The notes under the pieces: model-generated
The model's input: the letters and a program-made list of their open reading frames with translations, nothing else
Told to the model about the DNA's origin: nothing
Database searches by the model: none
Part shown: positions 18,074-27,418 of the stretch, piece by piece
Layout: each line of letters opens with the position of its first letter
How positions within the stretch are numbered: position 1 is the first letter of the stretch
Made by a program: the position numbers and the translations under genes
Assembly: GCA_014896315.1 (NCBI GenBank)
Contig: JADBKP010000001.1
Span: forward strand, 393,557 to 457,556
Source of the DNA: Limnochordales bacterium
GTDB taxonomy: Bacteria > Bacillota > Limnochordia > Limnochordales > DUMU01
DNA: 64,000 bases
Direction: 5' to 3'

Positions 18074-19699
18074 TCAGGCGGAAGCCATAACCAGAAGCCC
18101 CTGGCGTGGGTCCCGTCCGGGCGAGAAAGTGCGCAGGTGGGCACCGGCATCACTAAACTGGTGAACAGCCTCTATTACTGCTGGGGTCACCACTTCTCCC
18201 GGGCTAACCAGAGGTATCCCGGGCGGATATGGCGCGATCCATTCAGCTGCTACCCTACCGACGGCTCGGTCCCACTCCACCCACTCGCTTGGAGCGAAGA
18301 AGGCGTCCCGCGGCGAGACCGCCACCTGGGGCTCCGGCAAACGTAAGGAGGCCAGCAGGCTCGCACCGGCAACCGCCTCTCCCCGCCCCCTCTCCACCGC
18401 GAGGTCGGCCGCCAGGCGCCGGAAAGCGCCCACCAGCCTTTCCGCGGTGGCCGGCGTATCCCCGATGGTAATCAGGGCGAGCACATGGGTAAAGTCCGAA
18501 AGCTCGATCTGAACACCAAGTTTGCGCAGCATCCGCTCGGCTGTGTAACCCGTAATCCCAAGCCCTGAGACATCAACGATCACCTTGGTCGGGTCAAGAT
18601 CGTAGTAGCCCGGACGGCCAAGCCTCTCAACACCCCAAACCTTTAACCCCGGGATCAGGCTCAACTCCTGCCGGACCGCCATGGCCAGACTCAGCGTCCG
18701 TTCCAGTAGCTCCTCTCCCTGACGGGCCATCTGCCACCGGGCCGCATCCAGCGATATGCAGAGCAGCGGATTGGGGCTGGTGCTCGTTACAAGCCGCAAC
18801 GCTCCCGCCACCTTCTCGGGATCAAGACGCGGTCCACGCACGTGCAGCAGGGAAGCCTGGGTCAAGGCTCCCAGCAGCTTGTGAACGGAGTGCGCCACCC
18901 CATCCGCTCCCACCTCCAGGGCGCTGAGGGGAAGGTCCGGGTGGAACGGAAAATGCGCCCCGTGGGCCTCATCCACCAGGAGTGGAATCCCGTGGCGATG
19001 GGCAAGCTCCGCCACCTCTGCCACCTTGCCGGCGATACCGTAGTAGTTGGGGTTGATCATAAAAAGTGCTCTGGCCCGGGGATGTGCGGCCAGCGCTGCC
19101 TCGTAGGCCGAGCAGTCGGGGACTCCCGGCACGCCCGCGTCAGAATCAAACGGCGTGGGCAGGTATACAGGGATTGCCCCCGTCATGATCAGACCGCTGA
19201 CGGCAGACCAGTGCGCGTCCCGGGGCATGATGATCTCGTTACCGGGGCGTAAGGCCGCGAGCATGAGCGCCTGGATTCCGGAGGTAGTGCCATTTACCAG
19301 GAAAAATGAACGGTCGACCCGGTAGAGCCGGGCTGCTAGCGCTTCAGCCTCCGCTACGGCTGCATCCCAGTCATTCCCTAACGCGGGATCTTCAACTTCA
19401 TCACAGATGTCATAACTGGCAGCCGACCCGAGAAGCTGTGCCAGCGGTTCTGCCAACCCACGACCGCCTTTGTGACCGGGCGTGTGGAAGCGGGCAATAC
19501 CCGCCTCCTGATAGGCGCGGTTGGCGTTCAACAACGGAAGTCGCTCCTGATCCTCGACTCGATCGAGGCCACGGTCAGCAATGCGGGATAACCCGGGACG
19601 ACACTCTGACGGGAACCGGTCAGCCGCGGCGTCCGCGGTCGGCACGGTCGGAACGGTACGAGACTCATGGTTCATGATGATGGCCATCTTTTCAATCAT
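18074..19699 (-). CDS. PLP-dependent Orn/Lys/Arg decarboxylase family protein (YaaO-like)
   Basis: FHTPGHKGGRG, the S.HK PLP-lysine context (AHSVHKLLGALTQAS), and position upstream of tmk as in Bacillus. The exact start among the N-terminal Met codons is uncertain. Confidence 0.8.
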   Translation of the reverse strand: MIEKMAIIMNHESRTVPTVPTADAAADRFPSECRPGLSRIADRGLDRVEDQERLPLLNANRAYQEAGIARFHTPGHKGGRGLAEPLAQLLGSAASYDICDEVEDPALGNDWDAAVAEAEALAARLYRVDRSFFLVNGTTSGIQALMLAALRPGNEIIMPRDAHWSAVSGLIMTGAIPVYLPTPFDSDAGVPGVPDCSAYEAALAAHPRARALFMINPNYYGIAGKVAEVAELAHRHGIPLLVDEAHGAHFPFHPDLPLSALEVGADGVAHSVHKLLGALTQASLLHVRGPRLDPEKVAGALRLVTSTSPNPLLCISLDAARWQMARQGEELLERTLSLAMAVRQELSLIPGLKVWGVERLGRPGYYDLDPTKVIVDVSGLGITGYTAERMLRKLGVQIELSDFTHVLALITIGDTPATAERLVGAFRRLAADLAVERGRGEAVAGASLLASLRLPEPQVAVSPRDAFFAPSEWVEWDRAVGRVAAEWIAPYPPGIPLVSPGEVVTPAVIEAVHQFSDAGAHLRTFSPGRDPRQGLLVMASA

Positions 19700-19972
19700 C
19701 CCACCTGATATCCAATTCTGTCCCGTATCCGCACCGGTGCCACCTTCATGCTCGGCGACGCAGACTGGCAGCAGACTGACAGCAGGGCCAAACCCGGGCC
19801 CATCTCACGCCTCGCTCCCGTTCTGACTGCCAGCCAGAATCGGAACGATGCTGGAGGTGCTCTCCGGGGTGCGGGCAAGGTCCAGCCCATTATAGAGATT
19901 GCCCACACGGGTGTACAGAGGGAATATGTCGAAAGCGAGAACCAGAAAAGAGAAATTGACGGAGGGGCATGG

Positions 19973-20002
19973 GGGGCGGCCCGGCGGATGATGGGCCGCC
20001 CC
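19973..20002 (-). terminator. Terminator candidate after the SBP gene
   Basis: GGGGCGGCCC-(10 nt)-GGGCCGCCCC forms a perfect 10-bp stem 17 nt after the stop. A moderately T-rich stretch follows on the minus strand. Confidence 0.5.
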
Positions 20003-20018
20003 GTATCAACCCAGCAGC

Positions 20019-21338
20019 CTATTTGATAATTCCGTAGTGCCTGTTGTAACGGTCCAGAATCAGTTGCGAGAGCCGCGCCGCTTCATCCAGAGCGGCTTGA
20101 GGCGTCGCCTGGTGGCGAATGGCTTTCCAGAAGGCATCCGAGATCAGGGCGTCGATCTGTGGATATGCGGGATGGGGCGGCCGGAGTCGGGCGAACTCCA
20201 TGGCCAGGATAAACACCCTCAGTACCGGATCCTGGATGAGCTGTTGGTTGATGGCAGCCTGGCGATTGGCCGGGATGAACCCGGTCCCCACTCCCAATTG
20301 CACCTGCGGCTCAATGGATGTGAAGTAACGGATAAACTTCCAGGCCGCTTCCGGGTGCGAAGAGCCAACCGGGATGGCCAATCCATGTCCTCCGGAGAGG
20401 GTGGCCCGGCGGACCTTCTGCGGCGGCAGGCCGGCCGCAAGATCGTTCTTGTAGATGTTGGGGAAGTTCTCGCGCACACCCTGGAGGGTCCAGGAACCCT
20501 CCCATATCAGGCCTACCTGTCCTTTCAGCACGGGACCGAGCGCTCCGGTCGTCCAGTCAACACGTGAACCGAATTCGTCCAGTCGCGCCTGCCCACCGTA
20601 GAAGTCAACAAACTCAACCACCCACTGCAGGGCCTCAACCGCCGGCTTATCTGCAAAGATAACCTTCGTCAGCGACTCGTTAAGCAACTCTCCTCCGTTT
20701 TGCCAGATGTACTCCTTGAGCGAGATGTTCCCCCAGTTGGGGACGTAACCGACCCGGGAGAGCCTGCCGTCAGACTCCCGACGTGTCAGCTTCGCCGAAA
20801 CGGCTCGCAACTCGTCCCAGGTGGCCGGCGGTTTTTCGGAGTCAATACCAGCAGCCTCCAGCGTGGAACGTAGATAAAGCAACGCGCGCGAGTCGGTGTT
20901 GGTGGGGATGGCGTACTGCTTGCCCAACCAGCGGGCTTCCTGCCAGGTAGGAAGGAAGAACGTATTGGCGTCCAGCTTGTCGCGAGCAATAAGCGAATCC
21001 AACGGAGTGAGGGCGCCGTTGGCGGCAAATTCACAGGTCATGAAGCGATCGATCAGCACGACGTCAGGAGCAGAACCGCCCGCTACGGCCGCCATCAGCT
21101 TTGCCCTGAGATCACCGGTAGGAATAACTCTCACTTCTACTTCGTTCTGGGTCTGGTTGAAGCGGTCGACAATGGACTGGATCACCGGATTGACGCCCCA
21201 GTCATGCCAGAAGGTGATGCTCGTCTTAGCGGAAACCGCTCCACCCACAGTGAAGAGTAGCCCCAGTACCACCAGCATGGCAGCAGCCGCAAGGGGACAT
21301 GACGAACGGATCCGACCAAGCCTCAGCATACTACCCAT
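20019..21338 (-). CDS. ABC transporter extracellular solute-binding protein (sugar type)
   Basis: Signal/anchor LAAAAMLVVLGLLFTVGGAVSA, solute-binding-protein family 1 layout and an AAAGGAG SD. Confidence 0.85.
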   Translation of the reverse strand: MGSMLRLGRIRSSCPLAAAAMLVVLGLLFTVGGAVSAKTSITFWHDWGVNPVIQSIVDRFNQTQNEVEVRVIPTGDLRAKLMAAVAGGSAPDVVLIDRFMTCEFAANGALTPLDSLIARDKLDANTFFLPTWQEARWLGKQYAIPTNTDSRALLYLRSTLEAAGIDSEKPPATWDELRAVSAKLTRRESDGRLSRVGYVPNWGNISLKEYIWQNGGELLNESLTKVIFADKPAVEALQWVVEFVDFYGGQARLDEFGSRVDWTTGALGPVLKGQVGLIWEGSWTLQGVRENFPNIYKNDLAAGLPPQKVRRATLSGGHGLAIPVGSSHPEAAWKFIRYFTSIEPQVQLGVGTGFIPANRQAAINQQLIQDPVLRVFILAMEFARLRPPHPAYPQIDALISDAFWKAIRHQATPQAALDEAARLSQLILDRYNRHYGIIK

Positions 21339-21410
21339 CGCTCCTTTCCCGTTATCCGGTCATTGGTGTCCCGCTCATGATGAACCTTCCTTCGAGGCCA
21401 GCGGTGTCGC

Positions 21411-22670
21411 TCACTGGCTGTCTGCTGGAAGCCCCAGGGTCAGGGCGAAGATGTGAATACTCGGGTTGTTGGGCAGGACCACCGATTCTATCTCCCGGCT
21501 GGCATCTAGCTTCCACCAAACCCGGAATAGCCGCGTCGCCGGGCCGGTTGGTCCGTTCCGGTCGTACCGGTGGGCCATCTCCCAGGCTACTTCTTCGCCG
21601 AAGCTGGGCTCACCGCACCAGTCACTGACCCGGATATCGACCGTCTGAGTGCTGCCATCGGCGTAGTTCACAGTCAATTTGCCGGTCTGCCCACCACCCG
21701 TGGCGGTAGCAAGTATGTACAGCCCGCTGTACATACCCTTGGGGAGCGGCAGGCGCTGGCCCCGGGCCTGAATGTTGTTCAGCAGCCCATCCGCATACTC
21801 CGGCATCAACCACTCCACTCCGGCCAGCTTCACCACCTGACCGGCAGGCGGCATCAGCTCGGCGGCCAGATTCCAGCCAACTCCGTCGAAGTTGCCGTCG
21901 GCCGGGTTGGCCAGAGTACTGACGCCATCCTGGTTGAAATGGGCGCGCAGATCGACCGGAAGAGAGATCGGTTCACGGAAGACCTCCAGGCCCTCGATGG
22001 GGAGGAGATTAGGGGCCAAACCAAGTGAGAGCGCAAACAGATGGATATTTACCTGCTCGGGAAACTCAATCCGGACCAGTTCTTTGTTGGGGTTAAGGGA
22101 AATAGCGGTGGCGTAGAGCGATACGGGCAGATCCTGCTTGCCGAGAACGTTGTAGCGTCCCGACATCCGAACGGCAACCACTTCCGTGGGCTGCGGCTGC
22201 CCGGCCCAGTCAGAAACCCGCAGCTCGGCCTCGACCCTTTCACCATCGGCATAGACAAACGTCAAACGGGCGCGCTTGGCCCCGCCGGTTGCGGTGGAAA
22301 GGAAGTAAGCGTCATAGTACTTACCGGCGGGAACTTCCACTTTTTGGTTGTAGAACACCATATTGTTCTTGACGAATGGTGCCCGGGTCTCGGGAATCCG
22401 GAAGAAGACATCTTTTACTTGAATGATACTTCCTGCCGGCGGCATCTCTTCGGCCATCAGCGACCAGCCGATGCCGTCGAGATTGCCATCCACCGGATCC
22501 TCTTCAGTGGCAACGCCATCGTTGTTGAAATACGGTTCAAGATCAACGAGCACCGTTTGCCCCTGTATCATGTTAGCCTGAGCCGCCGCCTTCACCGGCA
22601 GACCAGCCAACACGAGCAGCAGCATTACAAACGGGACCAACCACAATGAAGTCCTGGCCTTAGCTGGCAT
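21411..22670 (-). CDS. Secreted protein made of two tandem ~190-aa homologous domains (putative glycan-binding, uncharacterised)
   Basis: Start MPAKARTSLWLVPFVMLLLVLAGLPVKAAAQA (signal peptide; GGGAGGG SD 6 nt upstream). The two halves share FNxDG..DGNxDGxGW..MPPAG..ATGG..Y(A)DG..RVSDW..IH(L/I)FAL(S/T)LG. Confidence 0.6.
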   Translation of the reverse strand: MPAKARTSLWLVPFVMLLLVLAGLPVKAAAQANMIQGQTVLVDLEPYFNNDGVATEEDPVDGNLDGIGWSLMAEEMPPAGSIIQVKDVFFRIPETRAPFVKNNMVFYNQKVEVPAGKYYDAYFLSTATGGAKRARLTFVYADGERVEAELRVSDWAGQPQPTEVVAVRMSGRYNVLGKQDLPVSLYATAISLNPNKELVRIEFPEQVNIHLFALSLGLAPNLLPIEGLEVFREPISLPVDLRAHFNQDGVSTLANPADGNFDGVGWNLAAELMPPAGQVVKLAGVEWLMPEYADGLLNNIQARGQRLPLPKGMYSGLYILATATGGGQTGKLTVNYADGSTQTVDIRVSDWCGEPSFGEEVAWEMAHRYDRNGPTGPATRLFRVWWKLDASREIESVVLPNNPSIHIFALTLGLPADSQ

Positions 22671-22707
22671 TCTCATCCCTCCCGCTGCAATGGGTATCGT
22701 CCGAGCC

Positions 22708-25521
22708 TCAGTTGTTGACCTGCCGCGGCGCGCTATCCGACTCCAAAAGCCACGTATCAATGCCTTGCGGTCGCGCCTGCCATACCACCTCCCCGATGCC
22801 CGGGTCAAACCGGAACGAGGTGGCGACCCTGCGCCCCAAAGCGTTGACCGGCACAACCCTCGAGGTGCCCGCTCCCCAGGACTGGAGCCAGTGACAGGCG
22901 ATCCTGGCCTCTCCTGCTTGCCCCAGCGCTTCTACGGTCCTAACCAGGACTGCCTCCCCGCTCCGGCGCAGGGCGGTAACGATCAGGTTGGAGCTCGTGG
23001 TCAGGAAACTCTTCGGCATAGTCGGCATAGTCGACACATGTGAGGGCGACCCGTCGCGCGCATTCGCATTCGCCCGATCTTCGGCCGGTTCAACCCAGCG
23101 GGCAAGCAGCGGTTCGTTGTACTCCCAGGCTTGCCGAAAGACTGCAGCCGTATCCCAGGTCCCGGCATGCGGATAGATAGCATACTCAAACCTGTGCTTG
23201 CCCTCTCCGAGAGCATTGGGCGAATCCCCGTGACGGAAGAAGGTGTAGTCTATGCTCCGCATCAGCGTAAGATAGTACAGCCCGCCGTAAATCTCGTGGT
23301 CGGGCAAGCCGCGGTTCAGCAAGGCTACCCCGCCGGTCCTCTCACTTGAGGTGTCCACCCATTTGACCGCCGGCCACTGACCCACCGGCCGATTCGAAGT
23401 AAACCCATAGGGTATCTCGTAGGTCGTCGTGCCCCTGCCCGTTGTGGGCATAACCACTCTGATGATCTTGTTCCGGTCCCGCCAGTCCAGTGACGTGACG
23501 AAATCAATCCGCCCGCCGGCCTCGGGAAGATCGATCTCCCGTACCAATTCTGACCCGTCGAAGCGCGTATGATATACGATCCGGGTCATCACCGGCCCCT
23601 GAAAGGCTTTCCCTTCTCCGGCCGCTTCCAGCGTGGTCGCCACCGTCCGGCTGCCGCCGTCGTGGAAGTACGCGTTACTGTTGTCGGTAGCGATAATGAT
23701 CTGATTACCCGCTAAAGGTTCACTCATGAAGGTGGTGGAACGGTGCTCAATCCACACTTTCCCATCTGTTGCCGAACGTATTTCAAGAATGTTGCCGTTT
23801 CCGTCCAGTTTGATGACGTACGTTCCAGTCTGCAGTTCCCACTCGCCCTCCGGTGGTCGCAGCTCTCGTTCCCAAGGCGAGAAGGAGGGACTGATCCCCC
23901 ATTGGAAGTGGTAAACACGATGTCCGAATGCCGGCACTTCGGCCATAAACGCTATTTCGACACCCGGCTGGCCAGTGCTCTGGTTCGATACCAGCTCGGC
24001 AGCAGGATCCCAAACCCGCTCCTGGGCTGGGACGCGAAACTCGTCAACAAAGTGGTTTACTCTCTCAAGCACCTGGTAGGTTACTTCCTTGCCCGACTCG
24101 TCGACCAGGCGGAAAGGTGTGCTGCGCAGCAGGTCAGGAGCAACAGGTAGGAAGACCCGTACCAGCTCCTTGCGATCCCAGTTGAGCCCGTTGAAGAGCA
24201 TCAGCGCCGGCGGCCCCGTTCTCCTGTCCGGGTCGGCCTCCCGGTCGTCCGCCACGACCCAGCCCGCCGCGCGAGCAAGCGCTGCCGTGGCAGCTGTTGC
24301 GGCCTGAGCAGCTATTGCCTCGGTCTGCTCGTATCGCTTCTCCATTTCGCCATAGACGCCGTCTACAGCGGTCGCCGGCAGTAGGTCATGGAACGTGTTG
24401 ATGGCAAGATTAAGCCAGGCTTTTTCCAGCTCGTCCGCCGGAAATCTAAAGTCATTACCGCTAACATCTTTCACTAGGCTGGCCAGGGTTGCCAGGCGCT
24501 CCGCTTGTAAGAGCCGGTGCTCGGCGGCACGGTGACGCTGTTTGATCCAGATCCGAGCGCTGTAATTACCCGGAAAAACCCGGTTGGACTCGTCGTGGTA
24601 CTCGGGAAGTGCAACGTTACTCTGGCGCACCGCCGTGAAGAAGTCGCTCAGCGTGGCAACATTCATCTTCACGTCGGTATGCCTTTCATTCCAATAGCGG
24701 GCGATCTGAACCAGCTTCGACGGCGGGGCGGCATAATCACCACCTACAGGTATCAGAACATGGTTTGTGGCACTGTAGTTGCGCAGCTCGCGGTAAATAT
24801 CGTATAGCGCAGCCGCCTCTCGCTCGATATCAGATGACCGCCCGAGCTTTTGTGCCACATCGTAACCCTTCACCATCCAGGCCGTCAGTACTCGTGAACC
24901 GTCGGGGGCTACCCACCAGAATTCGCTCTTGGGTGGTCGCTGCGTGTCGCCGGCACGGGCGAAAGCAAACTCCTGTATCCGAACCTGCTGCAGAATCTGC
25001 GGCATCTGCCACGAATGGCCGAACGAATCGATATTGAACCCGCTTATACTCTCCATCCCGAAGGTCTCTCGTAGATACCGCTGCCCCAGTACCCCGTTCT
25101 GCAGTAAGGTCTCGCCCTCCGGCAGGTTTTCGTCCGGCTGGATGTAAAGCCCGCCCACCAGCTGAGCGCGACCTTGGTTGACCAGGTCGCGCAGGTCGAA
25201 GGCGGCCATGGGGTACATAAGCAGGAACGTCTTTATGGAAGGTACCTGATCGAGCACAAAACGATATCCGGGTTCCAGCACGGCTTCGTTGACATGGGCA
25301 TGGTAAACGCTGGCGATCTGGCTGGCATTGCTGAATTCGTCCGCCAGCCAGGCCACATCGTAGTGGGAGTGGGGCACAAGCCATATCGTGCCCTCTGTCC
25401 CGTATTCAAACGTTCCGTCCATCTGAGCCCCCCGGGCTGCGGCTGCTGTGATCATCACTGCTACAGCCGCCGTCAGCAAAGGCACCAGTAAGGATTTGCC
25501 TGGCTTGTGTACCGGCGGCAT
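22708..25521 (-). CDS. Glycoside hydrolase family 38 alpha-mannosidase with an N-terminal hydrophobic signal/anchor
   Basis: IWLVPHSHYDVAWL (GH38 N-terminal metal site), FNIDSFGHS, and about 940 aa in length. I prefer the ATG at 25521 (GGGGAGG SD); N-terminus MPPVHKPGKSLLVPLLTAAVAVMITAAAARGAQ. Confidence 0.85.
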   Translation of the reverse strand: MPPVHKPGKSLLVPLLTAAVAVMITAAAARGAQMDGTFEYGTEGTIWLVPHSHYDVAWLADEFSNASQIASVYHAHVNEAVLEPGYRFVLDQVPSIKTFLLMYPMAAFDLRDLVNQGRAQLVGGLYIQPDENLPEGETLLQNGVLGQRYLRETFGMESISGFNIDSFGHSWQMPQILQQVRIQEFAFARAGDTQRPPKSEFWWVAPDGSRVLTAWMVKGYDVAQKLGRSSDIEREAAALYDIYRELRNYSATNHVLIPVGGDYAAPPSKLVQIARYWNERHTDVKMNVATLSDFFTAVRQSNVALPEYHDESNRVFPGNYSARIWIKQRHRAAEHRLLQAERLATLASLVKDVSGNDFRFPADELEKAWLNLAINTFHDLLPATAVDGVYGEMEKRYEQTEAIAAQAATAATAALARAAGWVVADDREADPDRRTGPPALMLFNGLNWDRKELVRVFLPVAPDLLRSTPFRLVDESGKEVTYQVLERVNHFVDEFRVPAQERVWDPAAELVSNQSTGQPGVEIAFMAEVPAFGHRVYHFQWGISPSFSPWERELRPPEGEWELQTGTYVIKLDGNGNILEIRSATDGKVWIEHRSTTFMSEPLAGNQIIIATDNSNAYFHDGGSRTVATTLEAAGEGKAFQGPVMTRIVYHTRFDGSELVREIDLPEAGGRIDFVTSLDWRDRNKIIRVVMPTTGRGTTTYEIPYGFTSNRPVGQWPAVKWVDTSSERTGGVALLNRGLPDHEIYGGLYYLTLMRSIDYTFFRHGDSPNALGEGKHRFEYAIYPHAGTWDTAAVFRQAWEYNEPLLARWVEPAEDRANANARDGSPSHVSTMPTMPKSFLTTSSNLIVTALRRSGEAVLVRTVEALGQAGEARIACHWLQSWGAGTSRVVPVNALGRRVATSFRFDPGIGEVVWQARPQGIDTWLLESDSAPRQVNN

Positions 25522-25707
25522 CCCACTCGCCTCCCCGCAGGTCGAATCTCCGCGACTCTGCACTCCTTTTTATAGATACGTTGCTGCTATAACCAATCCT
25601 GCCTTCATGCAGTAAAATGTTCAAAAATCCATGGCGACGCGTTGGAACTATTGCAACACAAGTCCGCTGGATCACCCACCGAAGGAAAGGCATGAGGCAG
25701 GCGTACA

Positions 25708-25899
25708 GTGCAGACGCCCGGCGTTGCCGGCCGGGGTGAACTGGACGTGAAGCTCCTGCAGTTGTTACGGGTGAACCGCAGCAGGCTGCTCGCTGAGATC
25801 GCCCTGCAAACGGGGGTGGCGGTGCGACCGTTGCACCAGGCAACCCAATTCGCGCGCGTTGGTCCCTCGTGGGGGCAGCCTTCCTTCTCCCCAGTGTAG
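25708..25899 (+). pseudogene. Decayed duplicate of the Lrp/AsnC HTH N-terminus of the gene at 27419
   Basis: TPGVAGRGELDVKLLQLLRVNRSRLLAEIALQTGVAV parallels APGVPRWDELDEKILQLLRVNGRMPLAEIALQVGVAV, after which the frame is lost. The upstream DNA (ggaactattgcaaca vs ggaatatttgcaacg) is also paralogous. Confidence 0.5.
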
Positions 25900-26051
25900 C
25901 TGAGAAACGGTGAAGACAATCAGAATCAGTAACTATCCCCGCCAGTGCGATCCGGTCGGCGGATCTGCACGTTTGCACTGCAGACCCGCCCGACCGTCCT
26001 GGTTGCGTCTACCGGTATCTCACTACCGAAATCTCAAACACGCGCCAGCAA

Positions 26052-26789
26052 CTATCTGGCGGCAACCTCAGCAAGGAGCTTCTCTATGACGGGAATGATT
26101 GAGCTTATCGCCGACTTTGGATCTGTCTCTTTGTTGTAAACCCTGTTCAGAGCAGCATCTATGACGCTAAAGAACGAGTCTCTCCGAGGATGCACCAAGC
26201 CGTAGCCGTTAAAGGCATGCTTCTCCACACCATAAACGAAGGGTACCTTAGATATATGCGGGTGTCCCGGGACCCTTAGCCACAGATCGGAACTGGCAAC
26301 AAGTCTATGCGCAGGGGTTATAAACTGCTCTCTTGCCCACAGGGACAGGCCCTGCATGCCAGCAGCAAACTTAACGAACTCCCAGGCCTCGCGCGCATGG
26401 TTAGTACTCTCTACTACACTCCAGCATGAACCATCTGCCCGCTGAACAGCATAGTTCTTCTGGGGAATAGTCAGAAGGCCCCACTTGAAAGTGGCGTTCT
26501 TAAGGTAGACGGTGAGTGTCCAGTGCCCGATTACGTTCATAGAGGCAGTGCCCTGGAGGAAATCAGCACTTTCTCCAGGTTGTGGCATCACGTGATATCG
26601 CCAGCGAAGATCCTGTAGAAACTGAAGCGCCGAAATAGCTTCAGGAGTGTCTAGTAGAAACTTGCGAGGGTATAGTTCATCATCAAAGAAATTTGTGCCG
26701 GTAGCTGACCAAATCCACAGGTTTGGATATACCGATTGTGGCCACGTTGACGCGAAGCAACCGCTCCGGGAAGTGGCGACGTTAACCAT
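26052..26789 (-). pseudogene. 5'-truncated ABC solute-binding protein gene (C-terminal ~245 codons only)
   Basis: The solute-binding-protein-like C-terminal half (..AREAWEFVKFAAG..) has no signal peptide or N-terminal lobe. Its GC content is visibly lower than the flanking DNA. Confidence 0.6.
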
Positions 26790-26814
26790 CGAGCTACGAG
26801 TTCGGTGACTTACC

Positions 26815-27068
26815 TATGCTGCGCATCACTGTCAGATAGTACAGGCCACCGTAAACTTCATGGTCCGGCAATCCACGATTGAACAGAGCGACCCCACCGG
26901 TTTCCTCGTTCGAAGTATCAACCAACCCTTCACCATCCAGGCCGTCAGCACTCGCGAACCGTCAGGAGCTACCCACCAGAACTCGCTCCTCGGTGGCCTC
27001 TGCTCGTCACCAGCCCGGGCAAAGGCAAACTCTCGAATGCCAACTTGCTGCAAATTCTGCGGCATCTG
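26815..27068 (-). pseudogene. Rearranged fragment copy of the GH38 gene
   Basis: By eye, 26815..26925 aligns to 23255..23360 and 26925..27068 aligns to 24864..25010. The fragment translation MPQNLQQVGIREFAFARAGDEQRPPRSEFWWVAPDGSRVLTAWMVKG matches MPQILQQVRIQEFAFARAGDTQRPPKSEFWWVAPDGSRVLTAWMVKG in the intact GH38. Confidence 0.7.
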
Positions 27069-27418
27069 ACCAGCATCCTCCTGGCTGGTTGGAGTTCAGC
27101 CGCATTTGCCTCGCCTCCATCTTTGAACCTTGCATGTAAGGCCCGGCCCCTTCCTCGAGTTCTTTTATCCATACTTTGTGAGCAAGGTAGTTCCTTCTCA
27201 CTTGGATGAATTGCTCTACCAATGTACATGTACACCGACGGATCATGACCGCCGAGTAGGAACCCAACCTGTCGGCACCAACGGGTAGATCCCTAGCTAC
27301 GTCGGATCGCGGTAAACTATTGCCGAGCTTCTGGCGCCGCCCTGGAATATTTGCAACGTTCCTGCGTCGGACCGGCCGCAGGCCGTATCCGCCAGGCCGG
27401 ATAGGGGGCCACAGTACA

